NCBI GenBank assembly: GCA_963727445.1
Contig: CAVSGI010000005.1
Coordinates: forward strand, 96,001-160,000
Length of the DNA stretch: 64,000 bases
DNA from: an uncultured delta proteobacterium
GTDB lineage: Bacteria > Myxococcota_A > Polyangia > Polyangiales > B10-G4
Reading direction: 5' to 3'
Numbering within the stretch: the stretch's first letter is position 1; each line of letters starts with the position of its first letter. The notes beneath the pieces are model-generated. The model was given only the letters and a program-made list of their open reading frames with translations. It was not told the origin of the DNA and made no database searches. A program made the translations under genes and the position numbers. Of this stretch, positions 1-10,240 are shown piece by piece.

Positions 1-104
1 CCGAGCAAGGCCTCGATGACGTACTTGCCAGCGAGAACCTTGCCGGGCTCGAGCTCGCCGTCGATGACTTCGAGCTCTTCGGTTCCGAGCGCGTCCGGGT
101 TCAA
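1..104 (-). CDS. Ser/Thr protein kinase, N-terminal fragment (runs off window start)
   Basis: Manual translation from TTG at 104: LNPDALGTEELEVIDGELEPGKVLAGKYVIEALLG, typical of the entry into the Hanks kinase Gly-rich loop. Confidence 0.65.
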   Translation of the reverse strand, partial: MNPDALGTEELEVIDGELEPGKVLAGKYVIEALL

Positions 105-121
105 GACCCGATGAGCTTACC

Positions 122-535
122 TCAATAGGTCGCGGGCAGCGGGATCCCGTCCGTGGGCAGGGCGGGGATGGGCCGGCGGACGGCGCTAGCGAGGGCGTTC
201 ATCTCCTCGGTGAGGACCGCGACCGAGACCAGCCAGGCCCAACCGGAGAAGAAGGTGGCGACGTTGAAGGCGGCGACGATCAGGCTCTTGTCCCCTCGGC
301 CTGCCCCCGCGGCTTCGAGCTCTTCGTGGACGATGGTCGCGTTTCGGTACGTGGCGTACATCCCCCACAGTCCGAAGGTGCAGACGGTGAGGATCACGTC
401 CATCGCGGGCGAGAGGTCGCGGCGGCCGGTCTCCTTCGCCAGCTCCTCGGTCGTCACGTAGAGCCAGTAATAGGCGTAGAGCGTGAAGGTCACGAGGGAG
501 AGCACGACGACGGTGATGGGGTTTCTGCGGGTCAA
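122..535 (-). CDS. DUF4234-like small membrane protein
   Basis: RNPITVVVLSLVTFTLYAYYW and LTVCTFGLW motifs; about 3 hydrophobic segments; AAGGAG SD upstream. Confidence 0.7.
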   Translation of the reverse strand: MTRRNPITVVVLSLVTFTLYAYYWLYVTTEELAKETGRRDLSPAMDVILTVCTFGLWGMYATYRNATIVHEELEAAGAGRGDKSLIVAAFNVATFFSGWAWLVSVAVLTEEMNALASAVRRPIPALPTDGIPLPATY

Positions 536-585
536 CGAGGGCTCCTTTCAGCTTTCGCTAGTTCCCTACGAGCCGCGCGTCGGCT

Positions 586-2073
586 CTATTTCGCGTTTTC
601 GGCTCTTTTCGCCACCTGGACGGCGAAGGCTTCCTCCGGCGAGAAAACCAAGCGCTTTCGCGCCCAGATCCCGAAGTAGAGGAGCCCGAGCGCGTACCAG
701 ACGGCGGCGCCGATCGACGACGCTTGCGATAGGCCTCGTCCACGACGAAGAGCGCCACCAGCGTCACCAGCGCGATGCACGAAGGCGATCGCCGCACCGG
801 CGATGCCGAAGGGGCTCCGGTAGGGGCGCTCGATGTCCGGCAAGCTGCATCGCGGAGCAGGATGAAGGACGCCATCTGCAGCATGTAGCTGATCACCGCG
901 CCGAAGACGGCCATGTTCAGGAGGATGGCGCCGACAGGGTGGCCGCTGCCGGAAGCGAAGTGGATGGCGAGCGCGACGCGCGTAGCCGAGGAGCGCGCCG
1001 ACACGAGCGCGACGTGGGGCGTCTTGCGGGTCGCGTGGGTCAGCGACAGGCACGCGCGGGAAGTAGCCGGCGCGCGAGAGCGAGTAGATCTGGCGCCCGT
1101 AGGCGTAGATGATGGTGTGGAAGCTCGCGACGAGGCCGGTGACCGCGACTAGCGCGAGAGCGCGCGCGCCGAGGCCGTCGCCGAAGATGGTGCGGAGCCC
1201 GGCGAAGAGCGGCTCGCCCGAGCGCCTGATCCCATGCGGCGCCAGGCGCGATGCCCGTGTTCAAGAAGAGCGTGAGGAACGCCGCGGCGACCAGCGTGAG
1301 CAATCCGTAGAGGATGCCCCGCGGCATGTCGCGCTTGGGGTCGTGCGCCTCCTCGGCGGCGAGGGGCAGCTCTTCGATGGCGAGGTAGAACCAGATCGCG
1401 AAGGGCAGGGCGCCGAAGACGCCGCGCCAGCCCTTCGGCAACCACGCCCCGTGTCCCTCGTCGGGCGCGATGTTCAGCGCGAAGGTCTCGAGGTCGAAGT
1501 GCGGGCAGGGCGCCCACCCAGAAGACGGCGAGGATCGCGAGCGCGAGGAAGGTGATGAGGACCGTGAACTTGAAGGAGAGCTCGACGCCCCAGATGTTGA
1601 GCCCGAGGAAGAGCACGTAGCAGCCCGCCCACCACGCGGGAGCGAAGGCGTCGGGCGTCCCGAAGATCTCGCCGAGGTAGCCGCCGATGCCGACGACGAT
1701 CACCGCAGGGGTCAGCACGTACTCCATGTTCTCGGCGAGCCCGGTGACGTACGCGCCCCAGGGCCCCATCGCCGAGCGCGCGAACGAGTACGCGCCGCCG
1801 GTGTGGGGCAGGGCGGGGGACATCTCGGCGATGGAGAAGCAGAGGCCGAGATACATCACGGTGATCAGCACCGTCGCGATCGGCAGGCCGCCGAATCCGC
1901 CGGCGCGCGAGGCCGAAGTTCCAGCCGAAGAAGTCGCCGCTGATGACGGCGCCGACGCCCAGGGCCCAGAGGGACCAGACCCGGGCGTGGCGCTTCAGGC
2001 CGCGCTGCTCGAAGTAGCCGTCCGGGGCGTCTTCGTAGCTGACGCTGCTGTCCTCGGTCGGCTCTTCCGCCAT
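586..2073 (-). CDS. APC-family amino acid permease (ethanolamine permease-like), broken by multiple frameshifts
   Basis: Fragments in successive frames: LWALGVGAVISGDFFGWNFG, AEMSPALPHTGGAYSFAR, PFAIWFYLAIEELPLAAEE, ERPYRSPFG, SPEEAFA. Confidence 0.85.
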
Positions 2074-2194
2074 CGCGGCGAGGATAGCGGAGGCCGATCA
2101 GCCGGTCTCGTGCCATCGCTCGGTGGTGTCGGCGGCCCAAGCCGCGGCCGGCGGAGGTGGAGTGCGGGGTCCCCATCGTGCTAGAGCGTCGGCG

Positions 2195-2906
2195 ATGGCC
2201 TGGCGCTGGATGCGACTCAGAAACCAGAAGGTCCTCGCGCGCTGTGACGAGGACGGCGCGCTCGTCGAAGACGGCGGGCGCGTGGAGATCCGTTACAAGC
2301 CGAACGACGGCCGCGCGTATCGCGCGGCGAGCCGCAACCTCAAGACGGCCGGCGCCAATCTCTTCCCCGACGACCACTGCGGGCCCGCCGAGGCGCCCGA
2401 AGCCAAGCCGGCGAAGAAGAAAGGTGCGTCGAAGAAGAAGAAGTCGGCCGCGCCTGCGGGCCCGCCGCCGACGGCTCCGGCCGATGGCGAGGTGCTCGTC
2501 TATGCCGACGGAGCGTGCAGCGGCAATCCCGGGCCCTCGGGCCTGGGCGTCGTTCGCCTCGACGCGAGCGGGCGCCGCGAGCTCAGCGAGTACCTCGGGC
2601 GGGGCACGAACAACATCGCCGAGCTGACGGCGATCCTCCGCGCGGCGGAGTCGATGGCGGATCCGACGGTCCCGCTGCGCATCTACACCGACTCGAGCTA
2701 CGCGATCGGCGTCCTGACCAAGGGCTGGAAGGCCAAGGCGAACAAGGAGCTCGTCGCAGGACGTGAAGAAGGCGCTCGCGCGTCTCGAAGACGTCGCCCT
2801 CTTCCACGTCCGCGGTCACGCCGGGGTGCCTCTCAACGAAGCCGCCGATCGCCTCGCGGTCGCCGCGGTCGAGTCCCGCGCGACCAAGGGCTGGGTCGAA
2901 GTCTGA
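2195..2906 (+). CDS. rnhA: Ribonuclease HI with N-terminal extension (one frameshift near 2760)
   Basis: YADGACSGNPG, TNNIAEL, IYTDSSY; after the shift HVRGHAGVPLNEAADRLA; TGA at 2904-2906. Confidence 0.9.
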
Positions 2907-2921
2907 GGGCTTCGCTACAAT

Positions 2922-3844
2922 TCAGGCGACCGAGCGCGCCGCCTCGCGGCACGTCACGAAGCGATAGCCGCGTTCGCGAAGCACGGCGATGCGGCGCGGA
3001 GGGCGGCCTCCTTCTGCTGCACCGTCTTTCGCAGGTCCGGCTGATGGGGCGCGAGGAACGTCAGGCCATCCTGGTGGGCGTCGGCCATGTCGATGCCGTG
3101 GAGCTCGAGGCTGACCACGTCGCGGGTCGCGGCGAGCTTCGTGAGTCGGCGCGCGCCGGCTTCGCCTGCGAGCGCGACCGTGGTCCCGATGAAGGGCAGC
3201 CGCCCGCTGAAGAGCGAGGTCACGCCGATCGGCAGCTCGACCATGCCCGTACCCCGCCGGTAGTAGGGCCTGCCGACGCGGTAGGGATCCGCGGGCGCGG
3301 TGAGCACGCGGGGATCGTCGACGATGCTGTGGCTGCGCCGTCCGCGCGCGCGGATCAGCCCGATCGCCGCCGCCTTGGCCGAGTAGTAGCCGGGGCAGGG
3401 GAAGACGCTCGAGTCGTACTCGACCTTCAGGCTCTCGAGGACGTCGAAGACCGCGTCGGTGATGGTGTAGCCCGGCGCGCGGAACCCGACGGGACGAGCG
3501 CCGCAGGCCCGCTCGATCGCGTCCGCCCCTTGTTCGATCTCCGCGGTGATCGTCCGGCGGTCCTGGCGCGTCAGATCGTAGAGATGGGTCTTCGAGTGGT
3601 TGGCGATCTCGTGCCCTGCTTCGTGGAGCGAAGCCAGGGCCTGGGCGCTCTCTGGTCGGCCCAGATCGCTGCCGATCGCGAAGAAGGTCGCCGCCACGCC
3701 TTCTTCCTCGAAGAGCGTGGCGAGCCGCGGCACGGCCTTGTCGTAGATGGCGTTCGCCGCGGCGGGGTCGGGCGGGGTCAGGCCGTGGATCTGCGTGTAG
3801 CAACCGACCTCGTCGAGGTCGACGCTGATCGCGGCCAGCTTCAC
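2922..3844 (-). CDS. Polysaccharide deacetylase (NodB/CE4) family protein (frameshift near 2990)
   Basis: ISVDLD, ATFFAIG, HEIANHSKTH, GFRAPGY, YDSS; C-terminus LRERGYRFVT lies in the adjacent frame. Confidence 0.85.
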
Positions 3845-3850
3845 GCGCGC

Positions 3851-4606
3851 TCAGCCCTTGATCCGGATCGCGACGACCAGGCGGCCCAGATCCTTCAGGA
3901 CACGCGGCACGCGCTTGAACAGGTCGATCGAGGGCGGGCGCTTCTCGAGGACGCGCACCGGGATCTCCTGGATGCGGATGCCTCCGCGCTCGGCGCGGAT
4001 GACGAACTCGGAGGCGAAGAGATCCTTGTCGACCAGACAGGCGCGCGCGATCTCGACGAGCGGCGCACGCCGGAAGGCCTTGAGTCCGTGGGTGTCGGTG
4101 CCGGTGAAGCCCAGCGCGACGCGGAGCAAGCCGTTGATCACCACCGTGCCCGCGTGCCGCATCATCGGCCGCTCGTCGCTCGCGCCGCCCATCAGCTTGG
4201 AGCCGATCACCAGGTCGGCCTTTTTCGTCTCGAGGATGTCCATCGCGCGGCGGTAGAAGTCCGTGTCGCAAAGATCGATCTCGTCGCAGATCACGAACTC
4301 GCCGGTGGCTTCGAGGATCCCCCGGCGCAGCGCCTTGCCGTAGTTCGGCTCGCCAAGGCTGAAGCTCTTCACCTGCGGGAAGCGATTGTGGAGCCCTTCG
4401 GCGATCTCCACCGTCGCGTCCCTCGAACCGTTCTCCGCAAGGATCAGCTCGTAGGGCCAATCGAACTCGGTGAGACGATCGATGAGGTCGATGACCGCCG
4501 CCTTCAGGATCGCCTCCTCGTTGTAGATCGGGATGACGATCGAAACGCGCGGCACCACGTCTTCGGATTCCTTGTTTCCCATGAGTTCGGCGGGAATCTT
4601 CCTCAC
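3851..4606 (-). CDS. Glycosyltransferase family 2, DPM1/ArnC-like
   Basis: [40 protein letters not shown]; start may be ATG 4582. Confidence 0.9.
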   Translation of the reverse strand: MRKIPAELMGNKESEDVVPRVSIVIPIYNEEAILKAAVIDLIDRLTEFDWPYELILAENGSRDATVEIAEGLHNRFPQVKSFSLGEPNYGKALRRGILEATGEFVICDEIDLCDTDFYRRAMDILETKKADLVIGSKLMGGASDERPMMRHAGTVVINGLLRVALGFTGTDTHGLKAFRRAPLVEIARACLVDKDLFASEFVIRAERGGIRIQEIPVRVLEKRPPSIDLFKRVPRVLKDLGRLVVAIRIKG

Positions 4607-4619
4607 GCGCCCTTTCAGG

Positions 4620-5717
4620 TCAAGGGATGGCGCAAAGGAGGGCGTGAGCCGCTTCGCAGCGCGCGCGAAGCCCCGCTACCGAGGCGAAAATCGCGGCGGA
4701 GCGACCGGTTTCGACGATCGCCTCGCCTCCGTCGAAGAGGAGGGTCACCCGGCCGCCCACCACGGTCAGGGCGCGAAAGCTCTCGCCCGCGCCGAGATCG
4801 ATGGTGCCGGTGCCCGAGAGCCGGCGGACGTCGAGGTGCGCGTTCGTGATCGCTGAGCCCTCGCCGCCACAGAGGCGGTCGATCGCGACGTCGGCGGAAG
4901 GGGAGGGCACGCCAGCCCTGTGGCGGATCTCGCGCAAGAGCGCCTCTTCGCGCGGGCGGTCCCAGGCGGTGATGGCGAGCGCATCGTCCACGTGGAGCGC
5001 GCGGGGCGCGCCGTCGGGGCTCGGCTTGCCCTCTTCGTCGTAGCGTCGGTTCCAGTCCCAGTAGCGGTAGGTCACCCCGCGACGGCCGGGCGCGACGTGC
5101 TGGGGCTCGACCAGCGTCAGACCGGCGCCGATGGCGTGGGCGGTGCCCGCTTCGATGACGAAGAAGTCGCCCGGCGCCACGGGAACGAAGAAGAGGAGCT
5201 CCGAGACGTCCTGCTCCTTCGCGAGCGCCTCTCTCATCGTCTCTCGCGTGACGCCGTCGCGCAGGCCCAGGTAGAGCCCGGCGCCCTCAGCGGCCTCGAG
5301 CACGTACCAGGACTCGGGCTTGCCGGCCTGATCGGGTGCGAGCTTCGGGTAGTCGTCGCTCGGGTGGATCTGGACCGACAGCGGTGCCGCGGCGTCGAGG
5401 AGCTTCACGAGGAGCGCAGTGGCGGAGCGGCCCTTCGCCGCTTCGGCGCCGAGCGCGGCCACCGGGTCCGCAGCCAGGACCTCGGCGAGGGTGGTCTGCA
5501 CCCCGTCGAGGCGGCTCGGGAAGTCCGGCGTCGCCGAGACCTCCCAGGACTCCCCCACCCTCGGGTAGCGCCGGCTCGGGTCGACGGGAGCGCTCGCCTT
5601 GTAGTGGTCGACGATGCGCGAGCCGCCCCAGGGGGTGCGGCTCGGAGGGGTGAAATTGTCGGCCGCGAGGAGGGCCGGGGCCCTCAGCAGGGCCTCGGGG
5701 TCAAAAGCCTTGGTCAC
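4620..5717 (-). CDS. manA: Mannose-6-phosphate isomerase, class I
   Basis: [50 protein letters not shown]. Confidence 0.85.
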   Translation of the reverse strand: MTKAFDPEALLRAPALLAADNFTPPSRTPWGGSRIVDHYKASAPVDPSRRYPRVGESWEVSATPDFPSRLDGVQTTLAEVLAADPVAALGAEAAKGRSATALLVKLLDAAAPLSVQIHPSDDYPKLAPDQAGKPESWYVLEAAEGAGLYLGLRDGVTRETMREALAKEQDVSELLFFVPVAPGDFFVIEAGTAHAIGAGLTLVEPQHVAPGRRGVTYRYWDWNRRYDEEGKPSPDGAPRALHVDDALAITAWDRPREEALLREIRHRAGVPSPSADVAIDRLCGGEGSAITNAHLDVRRLSGTGTIDLGAGESFRALTVVGGRVTLLFDGGEAIVETGRSAAIFASVAGLRARCEAAHALLCAIP

Positions 5718-5770
5718 TTTTTTGGTAGGAGGATGTAGGACATGTAGGTTCGGCCCAGGAGGCAGCGAAC

Positions 5771-6089
5771 ATGGGCTATCGAGGCAACGACCGTCGGATC
5801 CACAAGGTCTTCATCACCCGCAACACCGAATATCACGTTCCGTCGTGGTCAGTGCGTGGGGGTTCGCGATCGACGCAGCGGCGAGTGGCTTCGGGCCCAC
5901 CTGGCCCTTCGCTCCAAGATCAGCGGCTCCATCCGCTTCAGCTCCGAGGGCGGCGTGGTCCCGAACGAGGGCAGGCCCGAGATCGGTGATTCGCTCTTCT
6001 TCCAGGCGGCGGGCCGGGACCTGGTCACCAGCTCCATCCTCGCCGTCGAGCGCCCGCAGAAGATGATCGTTCAGAGCTACGAGCTCTGA
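5771..6089 (+). CDS. Conserved hypothetical protein (frameshift near 5840)
   Basis: AGGAGG SD; RRIHKVFITRNTEYHV joins RRGQCVGVRDRRSGEW...ERP after removing one base. Confidence 0.7.
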
Positions 6090-6970
6090 GCTTCGTCGAG
6101 TAGCGCGTGAAGAGCGGTGCCCGTCAGGCGCTGCTCTCCGCTGAGTGCAGCGGTCACCAGCACGACGCCATCGCCGGCGCGCACCGCGACGCCTCCGTCG
6201 ACGCACCGCGCCTGGGCAACCTCGAGCGCCGCCGGAAACGATCCGGCGTGACGCTCTGCCGCGACCACGTCGATCGCGTGACCGGCGAAGTCGGCGCTGG
6301 CGCCCGGATGCGGCGAAGCCGCGCGCACGAGCCGCAGGATCTCGTTCACGCCGCGCCGCCAATCGATGGCGAGGTCTTCGGGGCTCGGTCGCGGGGCGAG
6401 GGTCGCGGCGTCTTCGTCTTGCGCGCGGCCTTCGAGCGTTTCCCCGCGGGCGAGGCGGTCGGCGGCTTGGCCCAGAAGCTCGAGCGATGGAGTGTCGAGA
6501 CGACGCGCGAGAGACCACGCATCGTCGTCGTCGCGGATCGCGAGCGCGCGCTGCGTGACGATGAGACCCGTGTCGTACTCCGGCGCGAGGCGGTGAAGCG
6601 TGACCCCCGTCTTCGTGTCGCCCCTCGCCAGCGCCCAGAAGTAGGGGTCGGGGCCGCGCCACCGTGGCAGGAGCGAGGGGTGCACCCCGAAGGCGCCCCT
6701 GGGCGGCAGCGTCAGGAGCCAGGGCGGGATCCGCCAGGGCCAGAACCAGCTCAGCAGGACGTCCGGCCGGCAGGCCTGGATGACCGCCTCGACCGGTGCG
6801 GCGTCGAGTGCGGGGCGGCCGAGGATCAACGCGCCACGGGCGCCGAGGCGGCGCCGAACGCGCCGCGCCCCAGGGGCCCTCGGGTGGCCCAGCGCGACGA
6901 CTTTCGGTCCGTGTCCGAGGCGGTCCAGGTGGAGCGCCCCCAGGGGCAGGCCCAGGTACAGGATGCGCAC
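6077..6970 (-). CDS. Formyltransferase family protein (Fmt/ArnA N-domain-like)
   Basis: GVHPSLLPRWRGPDP, TGVTLHRL, YDTG, IDW; GTG start at 6970 (VRILYLG). Confidence 0.85.
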   Translation of the reverse strand: MRILYLGLPLGALHLDRLGHGPKVVALGHPRAPGARRVRRRLGARGALILGRPALDAAPVEAVIQACRPDVLLSWFWPWRIPPWLLTLPPRGAFGVHPSLLPRWRGPDPYFWALARGDTKTGVTLHRLAPEYDTGLIVTQRALAIRDDDDAWSLARRLDTPSLELLGQAADRLARGETLEGRAQDEDAATLAPRPSPEDLAIDWRRGVNEILRLVRAASPHPGASADFAGHAIDVVAAERHAGSFPAALEVAQARCVDGGVAVRAGDGVVLVTAALSGEQRLTGTALHALLDEAQSS

Positions 6971-6977
6971 AATCGGT

Positions 6978-6985
6978 GGTATACC
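6978..6985. promoter_or_regulatory. Palindromic -10 box GGTATACC shared by two divergent genes
   Basis: Reads TATACC on both strands, each exactly 7 nt before a GTG start (6970 minus, 6993 plus). Confidence 0.7.
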
Positions 6986-6992
6986 GCCCGCC

Positions 6993-7403
6993 GTGGCGAG
7001 TGCCCGCAAAACCATCCGGGTGGTGGCAGCCGTCGTCGAGCGCGACGGTCGATATCTGATTACCCAACGGCGACCGAACGCCGTCCTGCCGCTGCTCTGG
7101 GAGTTCCCCGGCGGGCGGGTCGAGGAGGGCGAGTCGGACGCGGACGCGCTCGCCCGTGAGGTCCGCGAGCGCCTCGACGCCGGCGTCGAGGTGGGTCAGA
7201 TGATCTCCTACGTACGCCACCCCTACGAGCATTACGAGGTCGAGCTCTATCTGTACGAGTGTCGTCTCGTCGGAGGAAACGACACCCTCACCCGTCAGGC
7301 GGTCAACGACTACCGCTGGGTGACCTCCGCCGAGTTCGATCAGTACACCTTCACGCCCGCCGACGAGGCCTCGATGGCGAAGCTCCTCGGAGAGACGAAC
7401 TGA
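6993..7403 (+). CDS. MutT-type Nudix (d)NTP pyrophosphohydrolase
   Basis: VVAAVV, WEFPGGRVEEGESDADALAREVRE Nudix box, PAD. Confidence 0.9.
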   Translation: MASARKTIRVVAAVVERDGRYLITQRRPNAVLPLLWEFPGGRVEEGESDADALAREVRERLDAGVEVGQMISYVRHPYEHYEVELYLYECRLVGGNDTLTRQAVNDYRWVTSAEFDQYTFTPADEASMAKLLGETN

Positions 7404-7978
7404 TGATGCGAAAGACGACCCTCGCCATTTTCCTGCTCCTACCGCTGGCCGCAGCGTGTGATCGCGCCGAGCCCACCGCCAGCGCGCAGACGCACGAAGC
7501 GTCCGCCGAGACCGCCCAGGCCGAGCCCGCGCCCGAAGGGCCAGCGGAAGAAGCCGAGCCGGCGCCCGCCCCTTCGGGCCCGACGCCCACCAGCGTCGCG
7601 GAGGACGGCTCCCGTCTCTTCGGCGACGCGCTCAGCGAGCGCGAGGCCGTTCCCCTGGCCACGCTCATGTCATCGCCGGGCGACTACGACGGGCAGGTGG
7701 TGCGCACGGAGGGGATCATCAGCGCGGTCTGTCAGCGCATGGGCTGCTGGATGGAGCTCAAGGCCGAAGAGGATGGCCCGGCGATCCGCGTGCCGATGGC
7801 GGGGCACAGCTTCTTCCTTCCGCGCGACGTCTCGGGGGCGCGCGCGACCATCGAGGGCACGGTCGAGGTCCGCGAGCTTCCGCCCGATTGGCAGGAGCAC
7901 CTTCGTGAAGAGGGCGCCCAGGCCGCCGGTCAGGCGCTCGGCATCAACGCCACCGGCGTGCTCATTCATGCGGGATAG
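7403..7978 (+). CDS. DUF4920-like lipoprotein
   Basis: Lipobox AAAC; VCQRMGCWM motif; FFLPRD; TGATG overlap with the Nudix gene. Confidence 0.8.
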   Translation: MMRKTTLAIFLLLPLAAACDRAEPTASAQTHEASAETAQAEPAPEGPAEEAEPAPAPSGPTPTSVAEDGSRLFGDALSEREAVPLATLMSSPGDYDGQVVRTEGIISAVCQRMGCWMELKAEEDGPAIRVPMAGHSFFLPRDVSGARATIEGTVEVRELPPDWQEHLREEGAQAAGQALGINATGVLIHAG

Positions 7979-7984
7979 CTAGCG

Positions 7985-8845
7985 TTGGGCGACGCCCCGG
8001 AAGTCTGCCCCAGCTGCGGCACCAAAGTGCCCGAGGGGCGGACCCGCTGCCCGGGCTGCGGCAAGGTCTTCGGCGAGGACAATCGCTGCCCGAGCTGTCA
8101 CGCCGTGGCTGGCGTCGTCCCGACCGCGGGTGGTGGCTATGCCTGCGCGGCGTGCAGCGCACCGCGGCAGCGGCTCGGCGGCACGGTGGTGCTCGGCGGC
8201 GGCACGCTGATGCCCCGTCTGTCGATGACGCCCGCCGCGCCGGCCGCGACGCCGGGCTCCATGGCGCCGCCCGCAGCGGACGAGGTGCCCGCCGCGCAGG
8301 CGCACACGCGCGCGGCCTACGTCTCCCGCGGCCGCGCCACCGGGCTCCGCCTCTTCGGTGCAGGTGCCATCGGGGTCGGCGTGCTCGCGGCGACCGCCCT
8401 CGGCCTTCTGGTTCCCGGCGCCGCTGGGTTGGTGTTGGCGGCGGTGATGGGCGGCGGCTTCGTGACGGTCGGCGCGCTGTCCCTGCGCGCCGGCGCGCGC
8501 GCCACCGAAGAAGCCTCCTCGCAGAGCTCCGCGGCACGCGAGCTCGCCATCCTCGCCCTCGCCGAGAACAGCGAGGGTGACCTCACGGCGACCGAGGTCG
8601 CACGCGGTCTGGGCGTCGCGCTCGCCGACGCGGACGCCGCCCTCACCGCGATGGCTGACGGAAGTCGGGTGGCGGTGGAGGTCGATCCCGAAGGCGTCGT
8701 CCACTACGTCTTCCGCGAGCTGCGCCAGAAGCTGCCAACCGCGCCGCGCCTGCGGGTCGACGCGAGCCTCGCTCCGCGCGACGCGGTGGAAGAGGCGGTC
8801 GAGCTCGAAGCCCGGGAAGCGGCCGAAGCCAGCGAGCGGAGCTGA
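7985..8845 (+). CDS. Hypothetical membrane protein: multi-CxxC zinc ribbons, 2 TM, C-terminal winged-helix-like region
   Basis: Four CxxC pairs at the N-terminus; hydrophobic hairpin; LTATEVARGLG...EGVVHYVF. Confidence 0.7.
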   Translation: MGDAPEVCPSCGTKVPEGRTRCPGCGKVFGEDNRCPSCHAVAGVVPTAGGGYACAACSAPRQRLGGTVVLGGGTLMPRLSMTPAAPAATPGSMAPPAADEVPAAQAHTRAAYVSRGRATGLRLFGAGAIGVGVLAATALGLLVPGAAGLVLAAVMGGGFVTVGALSLRAGARATEEASSQSSAARELAILALAENSEGDLTATEVARGLGVALADADAALTAMADGSRVAVEVDPEGVVHYVFRELRQKLPTAPRLRVDASLAPRDAVEEAVELEAREAAEASERS

Positions 8846-8852
8846 AGAGGGC

Positions 8853-9428
8853 TCAGGCGAGCGCGCTCTCGTTGTGCTGGCCGGCGGGTGCGTTCACGGC
8901 GGCGCTGAGCGCGATCACCTCGACCAGGATCGCGCGATAGATGTGATCGATGTCCTCGAGGTCGGAGTCGCCGCCCGCCTGGGCGATCGCCTCTTCGAGG
9001 TGGTGTTGCACGAAGCCGAGCACCGCGGGCTGCCCCATCGCCACCACGTCGTCGGAGTCGAGCACCTCGAGGGGATCGGCGGCGCGCAGCTCTTCGTCCG
9101 TGGTGAGCGTATCCAGCGCGATCTCGAGAGTGCTCTCGTCCACCTCGCCGAGGCGGGTGGGGAAGGCCTCTCGAAAGGCCCGATAGACGGTGACGATCAG
9201 GAAGTAGCCGAGGGACTGGGCCAGCTCGTCGCTGCGGAGCGCGACCTCCTCGGCGAGCCACTGGCTGAGGGCGGGTTGCCGTCGCTCCAGCTCCCGGTAG
9301 GCGGCGTCGAGCACCTCCTGGAGGTCCTCGTCCCCTCCTTCGAGCTCGCGCTCCATCGCTTCGACGGAGGCGTCATCGACCACCGCCCACTTTTGAACCG
9401 GGCGGAGGGCCGCCTTTCGCAGGAACAC
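8853..9428 (-). CDS. Hypothetical acidic helical protein
   Basis: 191-aa ORF with host-like codon usage; TAGACT 6 nt before GTG. Confidence 0.7.
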   Translation of the reverse strand: MFLRKAALRPVQKWAVVDDASVEAMERELEGGDEDLQEVLDAAYRELERRQPALSQWLAEEVALRSDELAQSLGYFLIVTVYRAFREAFPTRLGEVDESTLEIALDTLTTDEELRAADPLEVLDSDDVVAMGQPAVLGFVQHHLEEAIAQAGGDSDLEDIDHIYRAILVEVIALSAAVNAPAGQHNESALA

Positions 9429-9472
9429 GTCGTGAGTCTAGCCGACCCACTCGATCGGGTCGACTACTCGCA

Positions 9473-10216
9473 CTACCCGAAGAAGAGGGGGGCGCGCACT
9501 CGAATGAAGCGCATCACGGCGGCCTTGTCCGCTTCACCGAGGTCCTCGAAGACGACGCCCATCCCGGGTTGATGCGTCTCGTCGCTGGAGCGCGGGGGCT
9601 CCCGCACCCAGCTCACGCGCGCCCGGGCGCGGATTCGTCGGCCCTCGGGTAGAACGAAGGAGAGGGTCAGCTCTTCGCCGACCGACAAGAGGTCCCAGGT
9701 CGCGATGAAGAGGCCGCCGTCCGACAGGTCTCCACTGAAGCCGGTGAAGAAGTTGGTCTCGGTGTGAAAACCGATCACCGCTTCGATCTCGATGCGCTCT
9801 CCGCTGCGTCGCTCGTGGCCAGTAGCCCGCTTGCGCCCGAGGGGGATCACCGGCTCGTCGTCGGCGTCGACCGCTTGGAGGGAGCGCATCAGCTCCTCTC
9901 GCGCCGGATGGAGGATGGTGAGCGACGCCGCCAGCGAGGCGGCCGCCTCGTAGACCACGGGGATCGCCGTCTCGTCCTGGGCGTCGGCGAGGGCCTGACG
10001 GAGGACCTCGATGGCTGCGCCCATCGAGTCGAGGATGCCCGCTTCGTCGCGAGTCTCGGCAGCGAAGAGGTGGCGCACCGCCCTCGAGACGTTGCGGGCC
10101 AGAGGCTCGATGGTCTCCTGGGCCTCGTCCTTCGCCTGTAGCGTGGCCATCGCGCTGGCGAGCTCGCCCCGCGCCTGCCTGGCGGCTGCTACCGCCGTTC
10201 GGGAAAGCTCTCCCAA
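9473..10216 (-). CDS. TIGR02266-type PilZ domain protein
   Basis: ERRSGER, NFFTGFSGDLSDGGLFIAT, VSWVRE, PGMGVVF. Confidence 0.85.
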   Translation of the reverse strand: MGELSRTAVAAARQARGELASAMATLQAKDEAQETIEPLARNVSRAVRHLFAAETRDEAGILDSMGAAIEVLRQALADAQDETAIPVVYEAAASLAASLTILHPAREELMRSLQAVDADDEPVIPLGRKRATGHERRSGERIEIEAVIGFHTETNFFTGFSGDLSDGGLFIATWDLLSVGEELTLSFVLPEGRRIRARARVSWVREPPRSSDETHQPGMGVVFEDLGEADKAAVMRFIRVRAPLFFG

Positions 10217-10240
10217 AAGGCCACCCCCGTCGGGCTCCGA

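Noticed and set aside
2123..4849. 908-aa plus-strand ORF starting with RNase H
   Set aside because: Artefact: the frameshift near 2760 runs rnhA into the antisense frame of the deacetylase and GT2 genes
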